A stretch of 62,457 nucleotides of DNA, the filler included, from Hausera hauseri (taxonomy: Eukaryota), in NCBI GenBank assembly GCA_046269625.1. It is 9 parts of 9 records of this genome, joined end to end, with 100 filler letters (N's around TTAATTAATTAA, not from the genome) between each part and the next. Parts side by side here need not be neighbours in the genome. Positions count along the whole stretch, not along the records: positions 27,248 to 34,892 come from JBJURY010003458.1; positions 34,993 to 39,897 come from JBJURY010396256.1; positions 39,998 to 48,842 come from JBJURY010523236.1; 6 more parts are not named here. One strand, written 5' to 3'. Positions within the stretch are counted from its first letter, which is position 1. Each line of letters begins with the position of its first letter. Both the position numbers and the translations under genes were made by a program. The notes below the pieces were generated by a model. It saw only the letters and a list, made by a program, of their open reading frames with translations, ran no database searches and was not told the DNA's origin. Below, piece after piece: positions 27,276 through 40,039 of this stretch.

Positions 27276-28600
27276 AGTAGATAGAAGTGTCCTCACTTAA
27301 TCACATCCCAAAAAGTGCTCAAATAGACCTGAAAACCGGTTTTCCCCACCTATCTCGCAATTATGAGCATTTGATGTCTGATGGTCGGTGACCCCTGCCC
27401 AGGGCGGAAGAAGGTCGGGCAATGGACTTTGAAGCAAGACCAATCGGTCGAGCCGGACAAAGCGAACAAGAGTTAACAACGCCGCGAAGACGAAAAATGC
27501 AACCAGGTGGCACAGGAGACGGAAGAAGAAAAACGGGCAGTGTGCAACTGGCAACGCAACACATGTTCCTGGTATACCGAAATTTTGTACAGATGTAAAA
27601 TTGATGTTGGCAAGTCGAATGGATACGGTTTCGTTGTCGTCCGACCAAGGGAACATGGGGAAAACCGGTTGGGAAAATTTCCGTCGGGTAAAATATCCCC
27701 ATGTTCAAGTCTGCCGGTGATGGAAATGGGTCCCGTACATTGCCCATAAGTTGAGGAAATTTTTACATTATAACCGCCTCACGATCAGACGATTGTAAGT
27801 CGGTGAAAAACGTCGTTAAAAATCATCATCATCATCATTATTGTAAAAAGTTCCGTTTCAATATGCAGGTATCCGAAACTGGGTCAGTCCAAAACTTTTT
27901 CCCGACTCAACTCATTCTCCTTGTGAGTAGTAGTACTCAGTTATGAGCTCGTGGTAATTTGTGCGTTGGGTTTTAAGCGTCGTCGTCGTCGTTGTCGTAC
28001 AATATAAAATTCACGATTTTTCTACAAAAAATCGAACGCATTTACAACGATGACTTTTTAACAACGCGTTTTTCGATTGCATTTTCCACCCGGATCCATT
28101 GGTCTGATCGTCAGATGGTTATAATATGAAATTTTTCCCAACTTATGGGCAATGTACGAGACCCATTTCCATCACCGGCAGACTTGAACATGGGAAATGT
28201 TCCCAACCGGTTTTCCCCATGTTCCCTTGGTCGGACGACAACGAAACCGTATCCATTCGACTTGCCAACATCAATTTTACCTCTGTACAAAATTTCGGTA
28301 TACCAGGAACATGTGTTGCGTTGCCAGTTGCACATTGCCCGTTTTTCTTCTTCCGCCTCCTCTGCCACCTGGTTACATTTTTCGTTTTCGCGACGCTGTT
28401 AACTCTTGTTCGCCTTGTCCGGCTCGACCGATTGGTCTTGGTTCAAAGTCCATTGCCCGACCTTCTTCCGTCCCTGGGGGAGGGTCGCCGACCATCAGAC
28501 ATCAAATGCTCATAATTGCGAGATAGGTGGGGAAAACCGGTTTTCAGGTCTATCTGAGCACTTTTTGGGAAGTGATTAAGAGAGGACACTTCCACCTACT
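27276..28600. mobile_element. Non-autonomous foldback/MITE-like element with ~500-bp inverted arms (27276-~27790, ~28100-28600)
   Basis: The arms are diverged reverse complements (AGTAGATAGAAGTGTCCTC... vs ...GAGGACACTTCCACCTACT); flanked by CCTAAA at 27270-27275 and 28601-28606. Confidence 0.85.
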
Positions 28601-29081
28601 CCTAAATATTGAAATGGTTGTTCACAAAATTATCAATGGAATACACAGAATGTATGACATATTTGAAAGACACCTAAATGAAAAAAAATGTTTTAGACAA
28701 TTTTACAAACTCTTTGTACGAAAGAAGATGATGCTAATTTTGAAAAGCTGTGTGAAACGCGCCATTTGTTTCTGAAAGACCATGAAGTAACTGAATATAT
28801 TTCTGTACTGTTGATATTTCTGGTATTTCAGACAGGACTAACTCTGTTAGATATGATCATTAACTCCAATTGTATGAAAATTATCGAAATAGTTAAACGA
28901 CTACTCGTCACTGAGAATGTTAGTAAAATTTACCCCACTGATATTCATATTCGTCTGTAGGATATAACCAATCTTTTTCCTTCAAACAAAGATTCTCTTC
29001 CAGTCGAGTCGTATAATTTTATTCGTCAAGTAAACATTTCATTCATTTATCAAATTTGGGATTGATGATGTAATTATTCAG

Positions 29082-30225
29082 TTGTCATTGGTCAATGGGG
29101 CTAGAAATGGTAATGTTAGCATTTTTGAGAAATGCTATAATAATTGTGCGTTGTGGTCGATGTTTGAGGGTTCAACATTACTGGATGATATTTTGATGTC
29201 GAATTCTACATCTGTTATGGAATTTGTTAGAAAAATGCCAATTACTGATGAGGATGTGTCTGAATTTATTTCACTGGACAAAGAGCAATTTTCTGTCAAT
29301 TCCTATCGTGTTTTGTGCCAGGTAGAAATGAGTTCTATTTGACTGTGGTTATTATTTAGTGGTTTCTGAATGGCTGTGTTCAACAAAATTGCCATTGGGG
29401 ATTTCTGAAGTTGTGTCGTGCTGGTATGGATGGATTAACTTGTTTGGAAACAGCTGTAGAGAGTCGAAATGGGGTGTATGTACAATACATTTTACAGAAA
29501 TATTTCAAACAAGATGACGTAATTTATTTGGTAATAGAACATAATAGTCGGTAACATTTAGTCATGGGAACGTGCCTATAAATTGGCAGTAGAGAAGGGA
29601 TATGAGGAAATTGTGAACATCATCAAACATAGACAGGAAGAATTGTTGAGAAATGAGCAGGTGTGTAATTTGATATTGTGTCAATAATTGCAGTTAGGTG
29701 GGCCTTAGTAGACTGCATATGGCAGTGATTGATGATGATCCTGATATGGTGGAATACATTTTGAGTAATGACCTTGTTGACCCTGCATTGGATGGTCAGG
29801 TTGGAATGGAATTGGATGGGACAAATTGATTACGTTTATGTACAGGGTAAAGGTACCGCATTGAGTATGGCTGTGAGTTACAAACGTATTGAATGCGTCA
29901 ATATATTCGAAAAATATGCAGGAAGATCATTGGATGTTACAGACAAAGTAAATATTACAAAATGTATCATTTATACTGGCATTCAGCATGGCCAGACTGT
30001 CCTTCATGCAGCAGTTGAAAGTAGAATGAATGATCTGCCTGACTGGATGGTCAGTGAATCACGACAACTTGAAACCAAAGATTGCGTAACCCATTTGAAT
30101 TTCATCCTTTATTGATCTAAACGCAGATGAATTTAACAGCTCTGCAACGTGCCGTGCTGATGAATTTAGAAGGAATCACATCCAAACTTGTGTCGTTGGG
30201 AGCGGACTATCGGACCATAATTCCG
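29082..30225 (+). pseudogene. Multi-exon ankyrin-repeat gene with at least one frameshift
   Basis: Short exons encode GLTCLETAVE, KLAVEKGYEEIV, LHMAVIDDDPDMVEYIL, GTALSMAVSYKRIECV, GQTVLHAAVE and TALQRAV...LVSLGAD; frame break near 29570. Confidence 0.7.
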
Positions 30226-31309
30226 GTAAATGAAAATTTGACTATCATTAGCAATGCTATTTAAAAGTAATCGAAAAACAAAACTGACAAAAATTTACTC
30301 AATTGTACTCAATAGAAAATTTTCTATTCATATTTGATTCATTTACAATAGAATAATCATTGTTATGATCAACTACCAATCGTGAAAATATTCATATACG
30401 TAGAATCCAGGAAGTTGTTAGAAATATTTCACGGATTCTGGGTCAGGCAATAAAAAAGTAATACGAATTTTGCTTAATTTTGAATGTATATAGTTAAAAT
30501 ATGATATGCACACATACACACATCATTTTAGAATTTCAATCAAATCACCATTAATTAAAAAGTATTTTTCAATATTTTTTATTGTTTCATAACTTTTTAT
30601 TTGTTTAAATGTAATATTTAAATAAATTAGCTAGTAGAATTTTGAAAATTAACCTTTGAAAATTGGCGATGAATGTTACGGGGACATTAACTGTAAAATC
30701 AATTTACAAAATCCAATTAAATAAAACATTTAAACAAACGAAAGGTTATGAAATTGTATAACAAATCCAAAAATTACTTATATTAATTAAAATTAAAATG
30801 ATGATAAATAATTCTCAATCAAAATTTTGAGATATTTGATCTCGTAGTCCTACACAATGGCCAACATTTTGTGAAGGTATTTGTCCAACGACATAAAATC
30901 AACCATAACGAAAGTTACTGTTCCTGTAATTGTTTAATATGTTCATTTTCGTTTCAGGAAAATTCGGCTTCACATTTTGTCAAATCAGGTAATTTAAAAA
31001 TTAATCATATTTTAATCACATTCATGATAAATAAATTAATATACTTCAGAAAAACGGATTTTCGTTCACGTCTTCTTCATAGTTCTCCTGTGTTCTTCAT
31101 TCAAAATAATACGACCATTGAACTTTGTTAACACCGTCGTTACAAACTAGCCTTCACATCAGACACTAATCATCATCGTAACAATGAAAGACCGTGGGTA
31201 TTTCGTAGATCACCTTTTCAAGTTCATTAATACGTATTCCAGTATCTTGACGACAATACTTGATTCTATAATCGATTTATAGATTAAAAATAATTCCTCC
31301 ATACATTTC

Positions 31310-33030
31310 AGAGTCCGTCAAATATGGAGAACATTTAGCTGTAACATCAGTAGAAAATGCAATCAGTTTAGGCTTTAAATTGCATAACCGTTTCTATCAA
31401 TGTTTCGTTGATAACTTTAATGAAGACGATGCGAAATTCGTCGATGGGAATTTGAATACTTTGCTTCATTTGGCGGCAGTTTCAATGGATTTAGAAAGTT
31501 GCAAAGGACTTTTAGAAAAGGGTGTTAAAACTAAAGTTCGAAATATTTTTGGAAATACTCCATTGGTGGAGCTGCTACTGAATTTGGTCCATTCTAGGAG
31601 AAATATTGTAAAATATTCGTTTGGATGATCCACTAAAGTTTTCTCAGGAAGAAAATGTTTTGTTGACGATAAGAGTATTGATTGATGGTGGAGCGAATAT
31701 TGAGGATGAGGATTGTACGGGGAAAACAGCCTTACAAATTGCGTTAGAGTGTCGAAATGAGAAGTACGAATAAAATTCGTCATAAATTAATATTATTTGT
31801 TGGGCAATTTAGGTTGCTGTTAGAAATGGTTCACCGCGACCCACCTGTTAATAAATTGATGTATTGAAGAAGACATGTACCAATTCATCGAGAAAATCGT
31901 ACCAAAATTGCCAAAATCATTAGCCCATGAATACATAACGCATGACGTAATCACGCATTGTATGGGAACATTTCCAATGACGACAATCAAAAAACTTTTC
32001 TGTTTTGCTAAAGACGGCACAAAGGAGGAATTTGCTAATGAATTACTGTACGCGGCAGCTGGTATGGATGACAAAGATTGGTTCAGTGACATATTAAAAT
32101 GGAATTTTGCTCATTGGAAATGTATGGCTAATGGTGAAACAGTCTTAACTGGCTTGTTGAAAGAGAAGAAATGGAAATTCTGTGAGTTACTTCTAAAATC
32201 TCGATTGGCGTCCAAATTGATCCAATTACCCAACATAAATGGCAGTTCTTCTCTTATGGTTGCCATTGAAACAGAAGCAGAAGAACAAATTGACGAACTG
32301 ATATTTGAAACGAAGTCAGTTAACTCAGAAAATGATTCTGGAGATACTGCACTGACGTTATTATTTGACAGAATATCGTCGGCTAGTGGGGTAAAATTTT
32401 GTAAATAAATGATCTTCAAATTAATTTTTCTAAACCATTTTGTTATATGTATTCTCTTCAGACTCATGTTTTTTTTAATGACCATTAGTTGATTATTGTT
32501 TATTAATCCCAATGGAATTCAATTCAACTTCAATAGAAGAAAAAAATGAAATAGTGCCGGAAACATAAACACAGTGTGAAGATCAGTCGATAATTTGCAA
32601 TATTTAATTGTACTATCGGGTTGTCAACATCAAAATTATGTACACTCACTGATGTAGTCTCACCCTGTCAGTTAGTATGCATTTATGCATTACCGATCTA
32701 ATCAATACTTTATTACGCAGCATATTGCATTCATAATCATAATAGTTAATAGTTGAAATATTAATATTTTTCTTCGTAGAAATGAATAATAATAATTGTC
32801 TTAAGGATAAAGAAAATCGAATGAAAAGATGGATCAAAAGTCTTATTAAAGGTTCAGCAGATATTTATCGAGTCAACAAATTTAAAAAAGCAGCAATTGA
32901 GTTTTGTTCATCGAGAAAATTGAGATCGGAATTTGAATTATTTTTCTACAGACAACACATGGGCGAAAACAATTTGTCGAAAGAACGTGACTCAACGGTG
33001 ACAATAGAATCAATAAATGTTATTGACTAA
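31310..33030 (+). CDS. Second multi-exon ankyrin-repeat gene (intactness uncertain)
   Basis: NTLLHLAA...LLEKGVKTKVRNIFGNTPL, LIDGGANIEDEDCTGKTALQIA, GSSSLMVAIE and GDTALTLL ankyrin motifs in exons separated by short introns. Confidence 0.7.
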
Positions 33031-34992
33031 TATTCCTCTCGAGTTAATTTGTAATTTAGATTTGCATTGTATGTAAAGATCGAGTATTTAATTGCGTACT
33101 CGAATGTGGTCACAATTTGTGTATGGAATGTGCTGAGATTTTACCAAAATGCCCCTACTGCAGGTCGCCTTCGATGCATCCGATACGAATTGAGTTTTCG
33201 TGATTTGATTATCCTCTTCTGCTGATCATATAATTATTTGGCTTTTGCTTTATTTGATTTCATATTTATGTCATATGATATTTCATTTTATTGAATATTT
33301 ATTAATATGGTGTTGCAAAGGGTTGATTAAATTAAACCTATGATTATAAATGACATGGTAGCAACAGTCCTAATAAAATTTATGTCTATATTAATCTAAA
33401 GCGGAACTGCCTAAGCAATGCGAATCGGCGTACTATTGTTGGTATTGTCATTGTATTTATGCTTTGGAACACGTGAAAAGAATATTTAGTTAAGTAATGA
33501 TGAAATTTATTGTTTAGTAGACTGCATACGGCAGCGAATTTTATTAATTTTACTACACGGGTGAATCCGTGGTAATTCGTTATTTCCATTTTTCAATTGG
33601 TTTTCTGCTGTTTTTGTTCTATTTGATTTCCAGTCGTATCGTTGTTTAAGAGTTCGTTAACCTCAGTTTGAAGATTTTGTCGTAACATATTTTCCGTAGT
33701 TGATTGCAAGTTAAGCTTGTGTGATTTATTAATGGTGTCAGATACAAACTCCCTCATCTGGCCAATGGATGGTTCGATAATTGCCTTTGTTCTTGAGCCG
33801 CGTAAAACACCTTCAATATCAATTGTGTACTTCTCTAGTATCATCCAACCGTTATTAAAAACAGTTTCAATTTCTTCAAGGGTACGTTCCGAGACATTTA
33901 TGTATGAAACAGATCTGGCTCTACTTCTCATATCCGTTCACATAGTAATCCCATAATCAGATCGATAGTTCTGATAAACATATGTGTATCACAGAATGAC
34001 ATATACTTAATTTCATCATGAGCTGATGGTTGAACGAGTTCATTCTTTTCTTTCTCCGGTTCCAACCCATCCTGACTAATTGCTGATATTGTAATGAGCT
34101 TAGTAATGAAATGAATTTTATGTTCAAACAGGTAATCAATAACGACACCACTTAATTTAACGCTAATCCAACAGTCCAGTTTAAATATCGATCTTAACAG
34201 TAGGTAAAAAATGGAAAGTCAGCGCCACCTCTCGGGGGATACGAATCGATAAAATCAATATAGCACATGTGCCAATCGATAGTGCACATGGAGCACTATC
34301 GATCGGTAGTGTGCCAGGCAACTGTGCCGTTAAGTACCGTTGCTGAGCACATTTTTGCACATCACAAATCGATCGCTGCACATTGCACATGTGGTCGAAT
34401 CGATCGGGTCAAAGTGCTAATCGATAGTACACATCAAGGCTCATCTTGATATGCACTGTGCAGATGCACAGCACATGTGCAAGTCTGCAAAAATCAATAA
34501 TATCCGTTTTTCGATATTGCCAATATTGATGATTAGGACATGATACTGATTGCAATCGATTGGAAATACAGTGCACTACGTGAATGTGCAATTAGAATTT
34601 AAATCGATCGAGTGGATTTCGAATAATATCTTTGGTTCTGCTTTTGCAATTAAATTCCACTTCTGGCGACAATTTAACTGTTGAGTCTGCGCTTTGATTT
34701 TACGGAAATACAAATAAAATGTCTCGTTGAGTTGAAGACTTCTTTTTATTTAAACAAATTTTTTTAAAAAACTCTGTCGCAAAAATACATCACGATAAAA
34801 ATAAAAAAAACTAATCACTTGTTTACAAACAGCAATACATGAATGAACAAAGTTAAGTAGAGTTCACTGTACATACTCAGGATGGATTAAACNNNNNNNN
34901 NNNNNNNNNNNNNNNNNNNNNNNNNNNNNNNNNNNNTTAATTAATTAANNNNNNNNNNNNNNNNNNNNNNNNNNNNNNNNNNNNNNNNNNNN

Positions 34993-37900
34993 AAAGAACA
35001 ACAGTACGCTGAGAGGCTATATAAAAGTTTGAAATTATGCAGTGAAGGAAAATTCGCTGAAGCAATCGACTTAAGACAACCTGAAGAGGTATTACCTGAA
35101 ACATTGTTAAAATGGAAGCATGAATTAGAATCATGGATTAAAAGCGGAGTCGAATTTTCGGAGGGTTGGAGTAAAAACGAAGAGAGTGTGGATGTGAAAG
35201 TCGCTATTGTCTACCTTAGAAACCAATCCAAAAATGAAGAGAGTAGTCCGTAATTTACAGCGTATGATGGATGAAATTCTCTGTGCAATGATCAATCGGC
35301 TAAGAGAAAAACCGGTTCACAATCGAAGTAATATTTATTTAGAAATATTGGGTATAGATCCAGTAGATATTCCGCCCTTAATGGAGATGATAAAGATCGC
35401 TTTCGCTGTACCTAAACAATACACGAATCTAGAAGACCGAATCAAAGTGGAAAATGAAAAGCGAACACAGATTTATAGCTTAAAAAACGGAATTATGTTT
35501 CCGAACCACGAAGAAACCTAATACGTAATAAAGGCTTGTATCGTAGAATTTGACGAATATAAGAACGAGTTTAGTTATGTCGGCCGGGTCATGAATTTTC
35601 TAAGATGGCCGGATGATGAATTAAAAGATGCATATAAGATGCTAGAGAAGTCTATAACGGCAAAGCCAATAATCGCCAATCAATTGTCGGAATGGTCCGA
35701 ATTAGTAATGTGATTAAGCAAATTAGTGGAAATCCGAAAGAAGGAATTTCCAGAAAGCGAACCTTCTGTAAAGAAACAGTTGGAAGAAAGTGCACGTAAT
35801 TTAGATACAATACTAGCAGAAATAGACATCCGAACGCGATTCGAAGCATTACGACGACTTAATTTTATGAAGAAGAAACAAGAAGCGACGATACTGGAAG
35901 AGATATATAAAATGGTCAAAGAGACAGATTTTACAGAAAAGCGAAATATGACTTGCAGTTTTTACCCGACTAAAAGGAGTTCAACATCTAACAGATTAAC
36001 CTATCAACAAAGTCTCTGCTCAAGATATTGAAACCCTAGACATTTGTCCGGAACATCGAGCCGCTTTTACGGACACGATAAAATTTCTGCATAAACCTCA
36101 AGAATGGATGACCGGATCAGATCAGAACTTCCATACCGAATTGATAAAGATAAGAAATGACAAGCATCTTAGTTTTCACGAATCTAAGTTCGTAAAGAAA
36201 TTGTCAGATGCAATAGATCCCAACTCAAAAATTATAAATGAAATGTATGTATTATTGGTAGAAATGGTAGAGATTAATGATGAGCGGATGAGGCAACTGA
36301 TGCCAAAGTTGCAGCAAGTCAAAGAAACGTGCATCAAAACAAAACAAAGAACAATGAGGCTAGATGAACTGGCAAAGGAATTCGAAATTTACCGAAACAA
36401 ATATGCGTTTACCGAATCAGAGATTAAAAATAAAGGAGAATTCGTACAAAGATGGCAAAAAGATGTAATTATTGAATTAACAGATTACCACCAAAAAGGA
36501 CTTATCAATTTTAATGAATTAGGCAAATTACTTCAAATGATTCAGTATGCCTGTGGAAACGGAGTAGGTTTCCGAACTACACAGATGAAGGAAATCCAAC
36601 CTAGATTGAATGAAATCCGAGAAAATGTGCAAAAAACAAACACAGCCTTAGTAGACTATCAACTTCCAGATGCCGCGAACGAACCCGAATGGAATGCGTA
36701 CTTTGACGCAATACTAGCCGAGAAACCCGTGACTCCAGTGCAATTAAATGAGATAGAAACATGTGCGCAGGACAGGAGATTCAATGTGGAGATGCTTCTG
36801 GATTCAGCGCTAACTGAAAATGAGTTAATCGAACTAATTAACGTAAACATTACGGAAAGTAAGTTAAGACAACTTATTCCAACATTAACTAAATTATTCA
36901 GCGAGAATACGATTTACAGCACGGTGTCGAAGCTTTTCATAAGGGAATACGCTAAAATCTTGAGGGCTAAACCAGAGGTAGCGATGAAAGTAATTATATT
37001 ATTTGAGTGGATGGACAAAAAAGAATGTGAGTTAACTACATATTCCTATGTAAATGACGTAAGAGAATGGTTATTAAATAATGGTGGGATAAACGAGCAA
37101 AACTATAATTTCTATTTTAGAGGTAGAATACTCGACGACCTAGAACAACCAATAGATGTCGGAATTATTTTCGACGAAACAAATCGCCTAGTAGCAACAA
37201 TAGCAAATGAACACACAAAACAAGAAGCTACATGTAAAGCCAATGCGGAACAATGCGTAGGACAAATTATGGGAGTCCGAGACGCTGCAATGTATTTTGA
37301 GTATTTACAAACAGATGAGGATAAGGAACAGTACGATATAAATTCAGTGCCACTAAGTGAAATAAGGACAAAAGGCCCAAGGCCGAAACGTCCAGTTGGT
37401 AGGCCTAAGAAAACGCGAGAAGAGGTGGACTATAATGGGGAGTTGATTAGAGAACTGAGGCAGATGTCGATTCCGACTCTCAATACAAATAATAAGGAAT
37501 TAAGTGAGTTAATGAACAATTTAATACGAATTGTAAATTATTTGAGCCTTCGAGGTGATGTACTAGATAATAAAGAAAAGATAATATTTGATGCAGCCAG
37601 AATGATGCGAAGTTCACGTTTTAAGTTATCAAAAAGTAACCTAACCGATGAAGCGGTAATCGAAAAGATCATGGTAAAAAACACCAATTAGGAACTGAGA
37701 AAAGTATTACTATACTTAGCTGTCAAAATAAACCCTAATCGAGAGAATGAAATCAATAGGGCTATAAGCTTGGCACGAAAAACAGCAAGAAGATTACCAT
37801 GCAAAGTAAATTAGTCAAGATTGTTTGACAAGGAAGAAGACAGACGGACCAGTATTAAACTCGACGATATTTTGCGTAATTTGACAACAACGGACGTTGG

Positions 37901-39897
37901 CTATCGGAAAAATGAATCAAATTGGTTAATCAGCCTACTCACCTTGATGATGCTAATAAAACACATAGGCGCTGTTACCGTATACGACTGCGATAAGTTT
38001 AAGCTAGGGCAGAGATATTCCATAATGGATCTGGAAGTGTGCGACGATTCTAGACCACACAAGTTGGAAACAGAAGAAAAAAATTACTTCCTGTACCAAC
38101 AACAAGAACTGATATTATTGGATGGAATGGAATGTATGTTGAGACGATCTCGCAGCATTTTCCACTGTGGATTATTGAACGGGCATTCATCAATAATTAA
38201 ATCGACAACTCCGCTAATCACTATGAACTTAGAACACCAGCACTGCAAACAGACTAAGGAGACCGGAAGAGTATAATGGGATAGTATGGAATTAGAAATG
38301 CAACCAGGAAAGATAATTAAGGCGTACAAAGTAGTGGCCGGAAGGTTAGATATGCACAGCGGACACTGTTACGGAGCAGAATACGATACTGGAAAGGGAT
38401 TGAAATCGAATGTGGTAGTCGTGAATTTCTGCGAATCGAAAATGCGATCAGAGAAAGTAATGTTCTATAGTGTCACCAATGAAAATCAGAAATGCCATTT
38501 ACAAGACGGGACCTGTGCTTTTAGAAGTTCTGTTATAATATGGGAACTTCTTTTCGGAAGAAGTTTTAATTTTATTAAAATTAAAGAATTGAAGTTTAAT
38601 GAGACTAAGGGAAAGCGATATGTGGATTAATCGGATACCAACTCAAGGACACGTGAGGACGTATCTGAACACCCTACACTCACTATATTAATCTCAGATC
38701 AGCATGGGCTGAAATTTATTAAAAAGGAGATGATCTCTCGCTGCGATGTAGTGATGTTCGCTACCAACTATGAGACATTTTTAATTGCAGAAACGGAAAT
38801 AAATGCAAAAACCTACAAATTAGAAACACAGAATGTCCGAATTGAAGATTACTTGAAGAACAGAGACTATTACTTCTATTATAAAGGGCAAGTCGGAATA
38901 ACGGAACTATATCACAAAATGATAATGAATGACTGCAAATTAGATACTGAAATCATGAAGACGAAATTGGCTCTTATATATGCAAACCCGGAATTGGCTT
39001 CTCCAATAATTCCTATGAGAGAGGGAATGTTCGGTCGAGTCACAGGCGAAGTACTGCTAACCTACGAATGCGAAAAGAGAGATGTACCCATTAATGTAGA
39101 GGAAAATGCTGCATTCAGAAACTTCCTGTCATTTATCAAAATACTCCCAGATTAGCTACACCGTTGACGAGAGTGTTACTGGACAATGCGACCCAACCAA
39201 CCATCCTTAGAGATTGCAAGGCGAGCTTAGGAGAGCCCATGCTTAGACGTAGTGAGACAGATAGGGTTAGTTTGCCAAATGGAGGCATTACTGCCTCCCC
39301 AAATAAATTAACAGGAACCAATCTCGCGAAAGGAATTGCTGACAATAAATTTCAAGATGCCTCGTCAAAAGACATATACAAGCCAAAGGAAATCAAAGCT
39401 TTCAGACAATTCTTCGCTTTCCCGCGACAACGAACGCACGAATTAAACCGAACCATGGCCTCAGTAGTAGACGATACACGGTATCAGGCTAAATGGGAAT
39501 CTTTATTAGGCGTAAATCATTAGTACATTTAATAATTAGTACACATGAAACGGAAGAATTACACTTAGAAAACAATGAGTTATATCCAAACAAATAATTA
39601 AGACAATTATCATAGAATATAGTATCTTCCCCCGAAATCCAAATCAATGGACATAAAATATCGGCGACCAAACGCCCAAAACTTGCATCAAACTGTTTCG
39701 GAACAGTAATAGAAGAAAGACCCTTCGCCAAAATCATTATTGAAGATTGGAAAGTTTATGCCTTAATCTATACAGGATCCAAACTGTCTTACATTAAAAA
39801 CGAGTCTATACCTAAATCGTTAAGGGGACAATTATATCCACCATCCACAAAAGATCCAGGAAGTACGGGAGCTTTTGGCCAAATGTCGAAACCGATG
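34993..39897 (+). mobile_element. Decayed copy A of a large env-bearing Ty3/gypsy element: helical region, internal signal, class III glycoprotein ectodomain, protease start
   Basis: ORFs at 36108, 37821, 38286 and 38730 share one frame broken by four single stops; the glycoprotein and the VYALIYTGS protease segment align with the pol-bearing copy at 39998-48842. Confidence 0.85.
37920..39523 (+). pseudogene. env: Chuvirus-like (class III, gB-type fold) envelope glycoprotein ectodomain, copy A
   Basis: Signal NWLISLLTLMMLIKHIGA then VTVYDC..SIMDLEVC, ECMLRRSRSIFHCG..HSSI, VAGRLD..GHCYGAEY...NVVV, CDVVMFATNY, DCKLDTEIMKTKL, GMFGRVTGEVLLTYEC, LPVIY...PLTRVL; this is the cysteine/motif pattern of chuvirus glycoproteins. 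Confidence 0.85.
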
Positions 39898-40039
39898 NNN
39901 NNNNNNNNNNNNNNNNNNNNNNNNNNNNNNNNNNNNNNNNNTTAATTAATTAANNNNNNNNNNNNNNNNNNNNNNNNNNNNNNNNNNNNNNNNNNNNGTA
40001 GTTTGTATATAGGGTTTTTAGGTATTCATTCATGTGCCC

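Noticed and set aside
27297-28526. Several 80-130 aa ORFs in the inverted arms as genes
   Set aside because: They are open in many frames on both strands because of higher GC and symmetry; no protein family recognised.
33593-34151. Minus-strand ORFs as a defined gene
   Set aside because: Possibly coding, but no motif or consistent exon structure could be supported.
36108-39155. Stop-codon reassignment or programmed readthrough explaining the in-frame TAA/TAG
   Set aside because: Frameshifts and deletions also occur, stop positions differ between copies, and host genes end in TAA/TGA normally; neutral decay fits better.
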